Positions 18,478 to 27,660 of a stretch of DNA of 62,087 bases are shown here, piece by piece. The DNA is from Candidatus Uhrbacteria bacterium. GTDB taxonomy: Bacteria > Patescibacteriota > Patescibacteriia > UBA9934 > GWF2-40-263. The DNA lies in the NCBI GenBank assembly GCA_013204385.1, contig JABMNY010000019.1, forward strand, positions 1 to 62,087, in the 5' to 3' direction. The notes below the pieces were generated by a model. It ran no database searches and was not told where the DNA came from. It saw nothing but the letters and a program-made list of their open reading frames with translations. The number at the start of each line of letters is the position of its first letter. Positions within the stretch are counted from its first letter, which is position 1. The translations under genes and the position numbers were made by a program.

Positions 18478-19368
18478 ATGAAAATGAATATTGTTTCAAA
18501 TAGAAAAATCTGGTTTGCTCTTTCTGGAGCTCTTGTAGTGGCAAGTATTGTCTGTGTATTGACGATAGGAATACGTTTCGGGATCGACTTTACGGGAGGA
18601 AGTCTTCTAGAAGTCACTGTCCAGGAAGGCGTGACAGCTCAAGATGTTCGCACACAAATGAGTGATGCTGGGTATTCAAATTTGAGTATCCAAAATAGTG
18701 GAGAACAAGGATTGATTATTCGTACAGAAGATCTGACCGAAGAGGAACACCAGACACTCCTTTCTGTCTTAAATGATAAAGTTGGGGTCGTTGAAGAGCT
18801 TCGTTTTGATTCGATTGGACCGGTAGTTGGTGATGAGCTTCGTCGCACTGCAACGACAGGAATTGTGGTAACCCTTCTTTTAATCGCATTATATATTGCC
18901 TGGTCTTTCAGAAAAGTTACAGAACCTGTAGCTTCTTGGAAGTATGGGTTTCTCACAATCCTTGCTGCCTTCCATGATGTCATTATTACCGTTGGAGCTT
19001 TTTCTGTACTAGGATATTTTTACGGCTGGGAGATTGGTACAGCATTCGTTGCTGCGATATTAACGATTCTTGGATATTCGATTAATGATACGGTTGTGGT
19101 ATTTGACCGAACACGTGAAAACCTCCTGAAACGTGTTGGAGATACGTTTGAAGAGACAGTTGAGGTGAGTATTGAGCAGACGATTACTCGATCTATCAAT
19201 ACAAGTTTAACAACAATCCTCGCGCTTCTCGCCATTTTCCTTTTTGGTGGGGATAGCACACGTCCATTTGCGCTTGCTCTTATCATTGGAATAGGAACTG
19301 GAACCTATTCTTCTATTTTTCTTGCCAGTCCGCTCTTAGTCACATGGGAGTTATTCCGAAAAAAGTAA
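18478..19368 (+). CDS. secF: protein translocase subunit SecF
   Basis: GIDFTGG, IGPVVG, HDVII, GYSINDTVVVFDRTRE, RSINTS, GTYSSIF; start moved to MKMNI. Confidence 0.97.
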   Translation: MKMNIVSNRKIWFALSGALVVASIVCVLTIGIRFGIDFTGGSLLEVTVQEGVTAQDVRTQMSDAGYSNLSIQNSGEQGLIIRTEDLTEEEHQTLLSVLNDKVGVVEELRFDSIGPVVGDELRRTATTGIVVTLLLIALYIAWSFRKVTEPVASWKYGFLTILAAFHDVIITVGAFSVLGYFYGWEIGTAFVAAILTILGYSINDTVVVFDRTRENLLKRVGDTFEETVEVSIEQTITRSINTSLTTILALLAIFLFGGDSTRPFALALIIGIGTGTYSSIFLASPLLVTWELFRKK

Positions 19369-19386
19369 CACACAGGGTGTAGATGT

Positions 19387-19412
19387 AAAACTGGGTTCTT
19401 GCCCGGTTTTTT
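19387..19412 (+). terminator. terminator after secF
   Basis: AAAACTGGGT-TCTT-GCCCGGTTTTTT. Confidence 0.6.
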
Positions 19413-19430
19413 GATACAATAGATTTATCT

Positions 19431-21125
19431 ATGCTTCCCATGTTTGTCATTCCTATTGTAAGCCAAGCTACACAGATTGCGTCAAGCAATGGTAGTTTCT
19501 TCAGTCAACCGATTGATGTGATTTTGTACGACATCTTGATTTGGTTTGGATGGATTCCTATTGTTGTCACCCTTGGGTGGGGATTTGTGGCGATGTGGCT
19601 TAACAATCGTCGTGGAATGTATGTTGGGAAATTAAAGTACACCCTTCTTGCGATTGATGTTCCAAGCATGACGGAGCAAACACCAAAGGCGCTTGAGAAT
19701 CTTTTTTCTTCACTCTACGCTGCGAAGTCTTCTATTACATGGAAGGAACATTGGATTGGTGGAAAACTTCATCCTGTCTTTTCATTTGAGATTGTTTCTT
19801 CAGAAGGATACATTCAGTTTATTGTAAGAACGCAGACTCGTTTTCGCGATATTATTGAAGCCGGTATTTATGCCCATTATCCAGATGCAGAAATTTCGGA
19901 GGTAGAAGATTATGCAAAAGAATTTCCAAATGAATTCCCAAATGACACACACGAGATGTGGGGTGGAGAGATAACTCTTGAAAACAGTTCTATTTATCCA
20001 ATTAGAACCTATGTAGACTTTGAGGATCGAATGACACAGGAAATTAAGGATCCACTTGGACTGACGCTTGAACAAATGGCAAAGATGCGAGCAGGAGAAC
20101 ATTTTTGGATGCAGTTTGTTGTACAACCTTCTAATCAAGATTGGCAGAAAGAAAGTCTGAAACATGTCCGAAAGATCTACGGAGATGAAGACAAGCCGAA
20201 ACAAAACATGTTTCTTCAAGGGCTTGGGTCTGTTTTGGCATGGCCAGCTGGTGTTATAGAACATGCTGTTGGTGTCGATTTAGGAGGATTGTTTGGTGCA
20301 GCAGGAGAATCATCAGAAGTAGATCAGTGGAAGGTTTTCAAGATGACTCTTCCACAAAAAGATGAAGCAGAGGCTATTTTGGCAAAAGCTACAAAGATTG
20401 GACTTGGAGTGAAGATTCGTGTTCTGTATGTAGCTCAGAAAAATGCTTTTGTGAAGGTTGAACGAACAGGGATTGTGAAAGGAGTCCTGAATCAATATAC
20501 GCATTTAAACTTGAATAAGTTTACGCTGTTTATCCCTCAGGTTCCAAAAGATGATTATTTCTGGATGCGATGGGTTTATACAGTAAAACAAGCACGCTTG
20601 ATGAAAGCGTATCAAGGGCGAAGTTGGGGGGTTGGTGCCAATCCGATCTTTTTGAATATTGAAGAGCTTGCAACACTTTGGCATTTTCCAACTATTACCA
20701 TGAAGGCGCCATTAGTTAAAAAGAGTGAATCAAAGCGAGGTGAACCACCTACTGGTTTGCCTATCACGTTCTTGGAAGACACTCTTCCTTTTCATAAAGA
20801 ACCAGCTTCGGCGATGGGGGGGAGCGAAGACATGTCTCTTTCTAGTGAGTCATCTGGTTTTGCATTTTCACCCGTGGCTGATGAACCGCTTGAGGAATCG
20901 CTTCCTCGCATTCATGCTCCAGTGAAACAGTACGTCTCTGAAATTGAAGATGAGCGTTTATTGAATGTTGAAACACAAACAGAATTACCCGAGGCCTTTG
21001 AAGTTAATTTTGAATCTCAGAAACAAGAGGAGGTTGATCCATTTGCAGATCTTGTAGAACCAAAAATTCCTGAGAAGCATTCTACAGATGAATCAGATGT
21101 CGTTCCTCCAAATCTTCCTATCTAG
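19431..21125 (+). CDS. membrane-anchored hypothetical protein of the type that precedes CPR VirD4-like ATPases
   Basis: N-terminal TM; FSFEIVS...IQF...IYAHYPDAEI.EV.DY...YPIRTY...LNIEELATLWHFP; acidic disordered tail. Confidence 0.7.
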   Translation: MLPMFVIPIVSQATQIASSNGSFFSQPIDVILYDILIWFGWIPIVVTLGWGFVAMWLNNRRGMYVGKLKYTLLAIDVPSMTEQTPKALENLFSSLYAAKSSITWKEHWIGGKLHPVFSFEIVSSEGYIQFIVRTQTRFRDIIEAGIYAHYPDAEISEVEDYAKEFPNEFPNDTHEMWGGEITLENSSIYPIRTYVDFEDRMTQEIKDPLGLTLEQMAKMRAGEHFWMQFVVQPSNQDWQKESLKHVRKIYGDEDKPKQNMFLQGLGSVLAWPAGVIEHAVGVDLGGLFGAAGESSEVDQWKVFKMTLPQKDEAEAILAKATKIGLGVKIRVLYVAQKNAFVKVERTGIVKGVLNQYTHLNLNKFTLFIPQVPKDDYFWMRWVYTVKQARLMKAYQGRSWGVGANPIFLNIEELATLWHFPTITMKAPLVKKSESKRGEPPTGLPITFLEDTLPFHKEPASAMGGSEDMSLSSESSGFAFSPVADEPLEESLPRIHAPVKQYVSEIEDERLLNVETQTELPEAFEVNFESQKQEEVDPFADLVEPKIPEKHSTDESDVVPPNLPI

Positions 21126-21132
21126 ATATTAC

Positions 21133-23316
21133 ATGTCATACAATCATGATCACGAGAACGAAGTAAATTACTTCGCGAAAACAAATTTCCGAAATCAGAT
21201 GACGAAGTTCGGTGTCAAAACCGATGACAGACGTCGTCATATGTATGTGATTGGAAAAACGGGTATGGGAAAATCAGTCCTACTCGAGAATCTTACGTTA
21301 TCTGATATTTACGCAGGCCATGGGTGCTGTTATGTGGATCCTCATGGAGATACCGCAGAGAAGCTTATTGATTATATTCCCAGTTGGCGATTGAATGATG
21401 TTGTCTATTTTAACCCAGCCGATCTTGAATATCCGGTTGGGTTTAATATTCTTGAAGCGGTTGATGAACGACATAAGCATCTTGTGGCTTCTGGAATGAT
21501 GGCGGTTTTTGCCAAGATTTGGGAAAATATGTGGTCCAGTCGAATGGAATATATTCTCAATAATACGTTATTAGCGCTGTTGGATAACCAGGGTCAGACA
21601 ATGCTTGGTATTAACCGGATGATGTCCGACGCAGAGTATCGAAAACGTATTGTGGGGAATGTGAAGGATCCTGTGGTGAAACAATTTTGGGTAAGTGAAT
21701 TTGCCTCTTGGACAGAGAAGTATGCAACAGAGGCAACAGCTGCCATTCAAAACAAGATCGGTCAATTTTTGTCTGCAGGAGTGATTCGAAATATTGTCGC
21801 GCAAGTAAAATCAACGATCAATATTCGCGAGATCATGGATACAGAAAAGATTCTGATTATCAATCTTTCGAAAGGTCGTATCGGAGAAGATAATTCACGC
21901 CTCTTGGGAGGTTTGCTTATTACAAAGATTCAGCTTGCCGCGATGGAACGCGTGGATACACCTGAGCATGAGCGTCTCGATTTTTATCTGTATGTCGATG
22001 AGTTTCAAAACTTTGCTGTAGAGTCATTCGCAGGAATTTTGTCTGAGGCACGTAAATACCGTCTCTGTTTGACCATGGCGCATCAGTACATTGCGCAGTT
22101 AACAGAGCCTGTGCGTGATGCGGTTTTTGGAAACGTTGGAACCATGATTACATTTCGAGTGGGTTCTCCGGATGCGACGTTTATGGAGGCGGAGTTTATG
22201 CCACGCTTTACTCCGGAAGATATTATCAATCTGCCAAAGTATAATATTTATATAAAGTTGTTGATTGATGGAGTAACAAGTCAACCATTCTCAGCCATTA
22301 CCTTGCCACCAATTGCCCAGGTTACACATTCTTCAGAAAAAGTGATTAAGATCTCTCGAGAGCGCTATGCAAAGCCTCGTGCGGAAATCGAAGAGAATAT
22401 TCTTGTTTGGAGTGGAATGTCCAATGCAAACGTTGATGAGATGATGAAGGTAGCTGAAGATAAGAAACAGGCAAGTAAAGCTTCTTCAGGAGGAAAGCCA
22501 CGTTTTGAATACAACTGCACACGTTGTAATGCGCAAGTAGTACTTCCAGTTGAGCTTGATCGATCAAGACCTATTTATTGCGATGATTGTATTACGATTG
22601 TACGAGATGAACGTAAGGGGGGAAAAGGAAAGGCTCCCGTAGCTAAAGCTCCAACACCAACACCATCGGAAGGTAAAGATGTAGAACGTCTTCCAGATGA
22701 ACCATCTATTAGTCTTGGTGCATTAGAAAAAACAAAACCAACAGAAGCGGTTAAAGAGGTTGCGGTAGCTGCACCAACGCCGGTAGCTGCACCAACGCCT
22801 GCTTCTCAAGAGGAAAAAAATACAAAAGAATCAACATCTTCAACTTCACGATCAAGAAATCCAAAGGAGACCTATTCTTACACATGCTCAGATTGTGCAA
22901 CGGATTTTACTGCTGGAGTAAAACTTGACCCATCTCGACCATTGTATTGTAAAGACTGTCTTGAGAAAATTCGTGAGAAGCGTCGTGGGGAAGGGAACCA
23001 GACTCCTCCAAGTTCCTCAAAGGAGACAAAAACAGAGCCAGGAAAACGTAAACGAACACACAAAAAGAAGTCACCCGAAATACAAGAACCAAAGCCAACT
23101 GTGCCTTCTCAAGAATCAAAGGATGTTCCAAATGTCTCTTCTGCCCCTTCGCTTGACTTGTCTCATTCAAAATCTGAAATGCCAAAACCGGCTGTACCTG
23201 CAGAATCTGTGAAGCCTGTTGAAGAAGCTCCAGTACGATTGTTGCCTGAAGATAAGGATGTTCCCGTTCCGCAATCTGGGAGTCTCAAAACAGGACAGAC
23301 AATAAAGTTTGATTAG
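21133..23316 (+). CDS. TraG/VirD4 (type IV coupling protein)-like ATPase with two C-terminal CxxC-x17-CxxC zinc ribbons
   Basis: Walker A GKTGMGKS, DPHGD, Walker B LYVDEFQNF, SEARKY, AHQYIAQL; start moved to MSYNH. Confidence 0.85.
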   Translation: MSYNHDHENEVNYFAKTNFRNQMTKFGVKTDDRRRHMYVIGKTGMGKSVLLENLTLSDIYAGHGCCYVDPHGDTAEKLIDYIPSWRLNDVVYFNPADLEYPVGFNILEAVDERHKHLVASGMMAVFAKIWENMWSSRMEYILNNTLLALLDNQGQTMLGINRMMSDAEYRKRIVGNVKDPVVKQFWVSEFASWTEKYATEATAAIQNKIGQFLSAGVIRNIVAQVKSTINIREIMDTEKILIINLSKGRIGEDNSRLLGGLLITKIQLAAMERVDTPEHERLDFYLYVDEFQNFAVESFAGILSEARKYRLCLTMAHQYIAQLTEPVRDAVFGNVGTMITFRVGSPDATFMEAEFMPRFTPEDIINLPKYNIYIKLLIDGVTSQPFSAITLPPIAQVTHSSEKVIKISRERYAKPRAEIEENILVWSGMSNANVDEMMKVAEDKKQASKASSGGKPRFEYNCTRCNAQVVLPVELDRSRPIYCDDCITIVRDERKGGKGKAPVAKAPTPTPSEGKDVERLPDEPSISLGALEKTKPTEAVKEVAVAAPTPVAAPTPASQEEKNTKESTSSTSRSRNPKETYSYTCSDCATDFTAGVKLDPSRPLYCKDCLEKIREKRRGEGNQTPPSSSKETKTEPGKRKRTHKKKSPEIQEPKPTVPSQESKDVPNVSSAPSLDLSHSKSEMPKPAVPAESVKPVEEAPVRLLPEDKDVPVPQSGSLKTGQTIKFD
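22763..22798 (+). repeat. 18-bp perfect tandem duplication (VAAPTP x2) in low-complexity linker
   Basis: CGGTAGCTGCACCAACGC twice. Confidence 0.85.
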
Positions 23317-23318
23317 CT

Positions 23319-24116
23319 ATGACCATTTTTCACGCGATTGTTCTTGGAATTGTGCAGGGAGTGACAGAGTTTCTTCCCATTTCAAGCTCTGGGTTTCTTA
23401 TTTTAATTCCTGAATTTTTGGGATGGGAAGTTCAGAGTCTCGCGTTCGATGCTTTTTTGCATATCGCGACACTTACTGCTGTCATAGCAGCCCTTTGGCC
23501 TGAAGTGAAAGCTATGGTGGGTGCATTTTTTGTCCCCGTAAAAGATCAGGCAAATCTTGCTTGGCGTCGTTTAGCATTGTGGATTCTCTATGCAACAATT
23601 CCAGTCATGGGAATTGGATTCTTTGTACAGAACGTTCTTGAGTTTGAGTTCCGCTCCTCGAAGGTCGTCGCTTGGTCATTTATTGTTTGGGGAATTGTGC
23701 TCTATATCGCTGATCGGCGAGCAAAGGTAAGTAGTGTTCCAACACAAGAAATTGGACTCAAGCGTGCCCTCCTGATTGGATGTGCTCAGGTTGTCGCGCT
23801 GATCCCAGGAACATCTCGTTCCGGAATTACGATTACCGCAGGACTTATGTCAGGACTCTCACGTGAGACAGCTGCCAGATTTTCTTTTCTGTTAGCGATT
23901 CCAACAATTGCTGCAGCAGGTTTTCTAAAATTAGGGACTGTCGCGAGTGGGGAGGAAACGATCGCGGTCCTTCCACTCATTGTTGGATTTTCTGTTGCGT
24001 GTGTGAGTGCATTTTTAACCTTAAGATTTCTTCTCGTTTTTTTGAAACGGTACAGTTTTAGTGAATTCGCTATTTTTCGTGTGGTTGTCGGAATCGTCAT
24101 CCTCCTGCTAAGCTAG
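23319..24116 (+). CDS. uppP: undecaprenyl-diphosphate phosphatase (BacA)
   Basis: GIVQGVTEFLPISSSG, PGTSRSGITI, AARFSFLLAIP. Confidence 0.96.
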   Translation: MTIFHAIVLGIVQGVTEFLPISSSGFLILIPEFLGWEVQSLAFDAFLHIATLTAVIAALWPEVKAMVGAFFVPVKDQANLAWRRLALWILYATIPVMGIGFFVQNVLEFEFRSSKVVAWSFIVWGIVLYIADRRAKVSSVPTQEIGLKRALLIGCAQVVALIPGTSRSGITITAGLMSGLSRETAARFSFLLAIPTIAAAGFLKLGTVASGEETIAVLPLIVGFSVACVSAFLTLRFLLVFLKRYSFSEFAIFRVVVGIVILLLS

Positions 24117-24122
24117 GGGCAT

Positions 24123-25430
24123 ATGAGTTCCTACGAGCTTCGAGACCCTATTCATAAACGCATTCCGTTTGATTCATTTGAACGGGGTATTATTGATCAT
24201 CCGTTTTTTCAGCGCTTACGGTTCATTTCTCAGTTGGGGTTCATTCAGTCCTATGTGTATCCCGGAGCTCTACACGACCGATTTACGCATGCGCTCGGTG
24301 CAATGCATGTTGCAGGAAGGCTATTTGCTCGGATCTTGAGTAGCTCAAGTATTTTTGAGGAGCGTCTGAGCCATGAAGATCTTGAGTCTCTGCGTGTACG
24401 AGTACGACTTGCGGGACTCCTTCATGATATTGGACATGGTCCCTTCTCACATGCGTCTGAAATTGTGTTTCCGAAGTTACAGAGTCTCCCACTCAATTGG
24501 GAATGGTGGAAAGGAGCGCCAAAAGATCGTCAGGCGGTGCATGAAGATTACAGCGTCCTCTTGATTCAAACACTTGCAAAAGAGGGTGTGCTTGAAGCAG
24601 AGATGGCACAGGATATTTGTTCTCTTGTGCACGCAGAGGCGTTGCCCTCCAGTTGGCTCATGACATTGAGTGAAAAAGTCCCCAACCTTCAACAAATTTT
24701 AAAGGGTCTTGTTTCTGGAGAGGTGGATTGTGATCGGATGGATTATTTGTTACGCGATAGTTATTACTGTGGAGTGGCGTACGGTCAATATGATATCGAC
24801 TGGTTGATCTCGAGTATGGGAGTTGAGGAATTGGATGATTCACTTGTGTTTACCATTTCTGAAAACGGTGTTCGCGCGTTTGAAGATCTTCTTCTTGCGC
24901 GCTACCACATGATTGATCAAGTCTACTGCCACAAGACAAAAGCGGGGTTCACGCACTATCTTGAGCAAGCCATTATTCAAAAGGAGATTGATCTTGTGAT
25001 TCCCACAGATCCTTATGAATACGCTTCTCTTCATGACGGGGCGGTCATTGAACAATTATTTGAATCCGCACGTAATGAACAGAATTATTGGTCAGTACAT
25101 TTGATGCGCAGACTTACACCAAAACGCATTTTGCGTTTGCATGACGCAGTTGAAGCTGAGGATCGAGAGTCGCTTTTGAAGTTAAAGGAGTTATGCGATG
25201 AAGGGGGTATTCGATGGTTTACGCATTCAATAAAAAAAGAGCTTACCCATTTAGGGGAAGGACCTGATAAGGCACAGAAAATCTTCGTGAAGAAGAAAAC
25301 AATTAAAGGTCACGCCCTTGTGCCAATTTTCGAGTACTCAGATCTTTTACAAAAATACAATGAGAAACTTCAGTTTACGGATTTCTTTGTCCTACGTGAG
25401 GATATTGGCAAATTTGAAGAAATCAGGTAG
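24123..25430 (+). CDS. HD-domain phosphohydrolase, SAMHD1/YwfO-like dNTP triphosphohydrolase family
   Basis: RDPIH, FQRLR.I.QLG, HDRFTHALG, LLHDIGHGPFSH, DCDRMDYLLRDS, VYCHK. Confidence 0.85.
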   Translation: MSSYELRDPIHKRIPFDSFERGIIDHPFFQRLRFISQLGFIQSYVYPGALHDRFTHALGAMHVAGRLFARILSSSSIFEERLSHEDLESLRVRVRLAGLLHDIGHGPFSHASEIVFPKLQSLPLNWEWWKGAPKDRQAVHEDYSVLLIQTLAKEGVLEAEMAQDICSLVHAEALPSSWLMTLSEKVPNLQQILKGLVSGEVDCDRMDYLLRDSYYCGVAYGQYDIDWLISSMGVEELDDSLVFTISENGVRAFEDLLLARYHMIDQVYCHKTKAGFTHYLEQAIIQKEIDLVIPTDPYEYASLHDGAVIEQLFESARNEQNYWSVHLMRRLTPKRILRLHDAVEAEDRESLLKLKELCDEGGIRWFTHSIKKELTHLGEGPDKAQKIFVKKKTIKGHALVPIFEYSDLLQKYNEKLQFTDFFVLREDIGKFEEIR

Positions 25431-25442
25431 ATTCTTAACCTT

Positions 25443-26525
25443 ATGTCTTCAAAAAAAGTACTCCTTGGTATGTCTGGGGGCGTGGACTCATCTGTGTCCG
25501 CGGGTCTTTTGATTGAACAGGGGTATGAGGTGATTGGGGCATTCATGAAGAATTGGTCTGGTTCCGTGTGCGGACCTCGTTCAACTGATGCAGATGCGGT
25601 GGGAGAAGAGTTTGAGGAGTGTGGGTGGAAGGAAGAGCGTCGTGACGCCGCGCGCGTGGCAGCAAAGCTTGGGATTCCTTTTGTCACATTTGATTTTGAA
25701 AAAGAGTACAGACGGGATGTGGTTGAGAGTATGTTTCGGGAATTCGAAGCAGGACGCACCCCAAACCCAGATGTGATGTGCAATAAGTACATTAAGTTTG
25801 ATCGATTCATGAAAGAGGCGGATCGTCTTGATTGTGCGTTCGTCGCAACGGGTCATTACGCCCGCTCTAAGGGTGGCATGCTCTACACAGGCCTTGATGA
25901 CAACAAAGATCAAAGCTATTTCTTGTGGGCGATGAATCCAGAGGTTGTGAAGCGTGTGCTGTTTCCAATCGGTGAAATGTTAAAGCCTGACGTGCGCGCA
26001 AAAGCTGAACAGCTGGGACTTGATGTCGCAACCAAAAAAGACTCAACAGGAATCTGTTTTGTGGGGGAGGTGGACATGCGTACCTTTCTTCAAGAACGAC
26101 TCCCAAAAAATCCTGGAAACGTTGTGACCGTTGATGGGCAGGTGGTAGGGGAGCATGAAGGGCTAGCGTTCTATACATTCGGTCAACGCCAGGGGCTCGG
26201 GATTGGCGGAGGCACACCATACTATGTTGTAGAGAAGCGAGCTGAGACAAATGAACTTGTTGTCTCAAGTAATTATCATCCAGCCTTGTTCAAACAAACA
26301 CTCACCGCCTCACAACTCAACTGGTTTGAACAACCAAAGACAACTCCCTACAAATGTCTCGCCCGCATTCGCTACCGTCAGTCCTCCCAAGAATGCATCA
26401 TCACCTCAATCTCAGAGACTCAAATAGAAGTCACCTTCAAAGAACCCCAACGCGCCGTCACCCCAGGACAGTCGATTGTGCTGTACGATGGGGAGAAGAT
26501 GCTGGGTGGGGGAATCATCGATTAG
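25443..26525 (+). CDS. mnmA: tRNA 2-thiouridine(34) synthase
   Basis: MSGGVDSSV, GRTPNPDVMCN, ATGHYAR, KDQSYF, KDSTGICF, RAVTPGQ. Confidence 0.98.
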   Translation: MSSKKVLLGMSGGVDSSVSAGLLIEQGYEVIGAFMKNWSGSVCGPRSTDADAVGEEFEECGWKEERRDAARVAAKLGIPFVTFDFEKEYRRDVVESMFREFEAGRTPNPDVMCNKYIKFDRFMKEADRLDCAFVATGHYARSKGGMLYTGLDDNKDQSYFLWAMNPEVVKRVLFPIGEMLKPDVRAKAEQLGLDVATKKDSTGICFVGEVDMRTFLQERLPKNPGNVVTVDGQVVGEHEGLAFYTFGQRQGLGIGGGTPYYVVEKRAETNELVVSSNYHPALFKQTLTASQLNWFEQPKTTPYKCLARIRYRQSSQECIITSISETQIEVTFKEPQRAVTPGQSIVLYDGEKMLGGGIID

Positions 26526-26554
26526 AAAAAATCGACCTACAACAGGTCGATTTT
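26526..26554. terminator. terminator after mnmA
   Basis: AAAATCGACCT-ACAAC-AGGTCGATTTT. Confidence 0.8.
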
Positions 26555-26593
26555 ATGTTGTAAAGAGATGGGAGATTATTTTGTATTATGATA

Positions 26594-26653
26594 GGGTATT
26601 TACATCAGATACCCTACGTATTTATGAAGGTTATCCGAACAAAGTTCAGATAA
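26594..26653 (+). repeat. copy 1 of ~60-nt element (hairpin + 23-bp palindrome), shared with 60514..60573
   Basis: TTATCCGAAC-AAA-GTTCAGATAA at 26631-26653; ATCAGATA 27 nt upstream of palindrome start in both copies. Confidence 0.8.
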
Positions 26654-26765
26654 TTGCCGGTTAGCTGAAATGCATGGTTTCTTTTTGGGGTAATCGCCCC
26701 AGATCATAAAATGAATCTAATTTTGTTTTTTTAACGCGATACAAATCTATTACTTAACTAAACTT

Positions 26766-27455
26766 ATGGAAACACTGACCTTCGAACAAATTATCAAGAA
26801 TAATGAAGACCAAGTAAAAAAACTATTTGGCAAGCCAGATGAGGTGGTTATAGCAAGAAAAAAAATGGATGAGGACTTAAATTTTTCTCAAATCATTTGG
26901 CAATTTATAAATGATCTTAAATATTATCCCGTTTGGCACAAAAACCAAAAATCTGATGATGGAAAACCTTGGTGGAGAAGTAAGACAATAAAATTCGATC
27001 AACTAAAGATCGAAAAATTATCAAAATCATCATTAAGGTTTTTGATCGATAAAAATCTTGAGAAAATAAAAGATGACTCTGATATATTAGAATTTGTATT
27101 CAAAGTGAGAGATTTTGATAAACCATTTTATTTTTACACAACAAAAAATTCTATTCACTGGGAAGATGGTTTTGGTGTAAGTGGTTTTCCGTTTTGTTCT
27201 CAAATTCCAGTTTTTATTTACTACGACAATTGCTCTTTAGTGTACAAAGCCTATTTGAAACAAGGGCATGATTTGTCAGAAACTAACTATGAAAAATTTG
27301 TTTATTCTGATTTGAAAGCATTTACACCAGCAAATGGGTGGATAACCTCACTGTTATTTATTACTGACAGTGTTAGAAAAGAAGAAGAGGAATATGGTAA
27401 ATCTTTAATAGAAGGACTGTTTCAAAACAAAAAAACAAAATCAGATTCTTTTTAA
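26766..27455 (+). CDS. hypothetical protein (229 aa, AT-rich island)
   Basis: ORF with AT-rich codon usage; no family recognised. Confidence 0.7.
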   Translation: METLTFEQIIKNNEDQVKKLFGKPDEVVIARKKMDEDLNFSQIIWQFINDLKYYPVWHKNQKSDDGKPWWRSKTIKFDQLKIEKLSKSSLRFLIDKNLEKIKDDSDILEFVFKVRDFDKPFYFYTTKNSIHWEDGFGVSGFPFCSQIPVFIYYDNCSLVYKAYLKQGHDLSETNYEKFVYSDLKAFTPANGWITSLLFITDSVRKEEEEYGKSLIEGLFQNKKTKSDSF

Positions 27456-27570
27456 GAGAGTAATTTCTTTGAGAAATTACAGGAAAATATGTTTATTATA
27501 TAACACGGCATATCTGGTCACGGCTTGTATATAAAAACCACCACCCATATTTGCCAGCAGTTGTTTTATT

Positions 27571-27648
27571 GATAATACATTTGGAATTTATGGAGACCTA
27601 AAGGGGTTAACTGGTGACGCAATACAAGAAATTAAATGCTGGCGATAA
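27571..27648 (+). pseudogene. possible remnant of a DUF2130-like C-terminus
   Basis: DNTFGIYGDLKGLTGDAIQEIKCWR* resembles, from memory, the MYG..KGI.G tail of DUF2130 proteins; no start codon. Confidence 0.3.
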
Positions 27649-27660
27649 AGTAGAATAATT

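Noticed and set aside
26631-26653. Gram-positive-type LexA box
   Set aside because: The core is GAAC-N3-GTTC, not GAAC-N4-GTTC, and conservation extends well beyond the box; a variant cannot be fully excluded.
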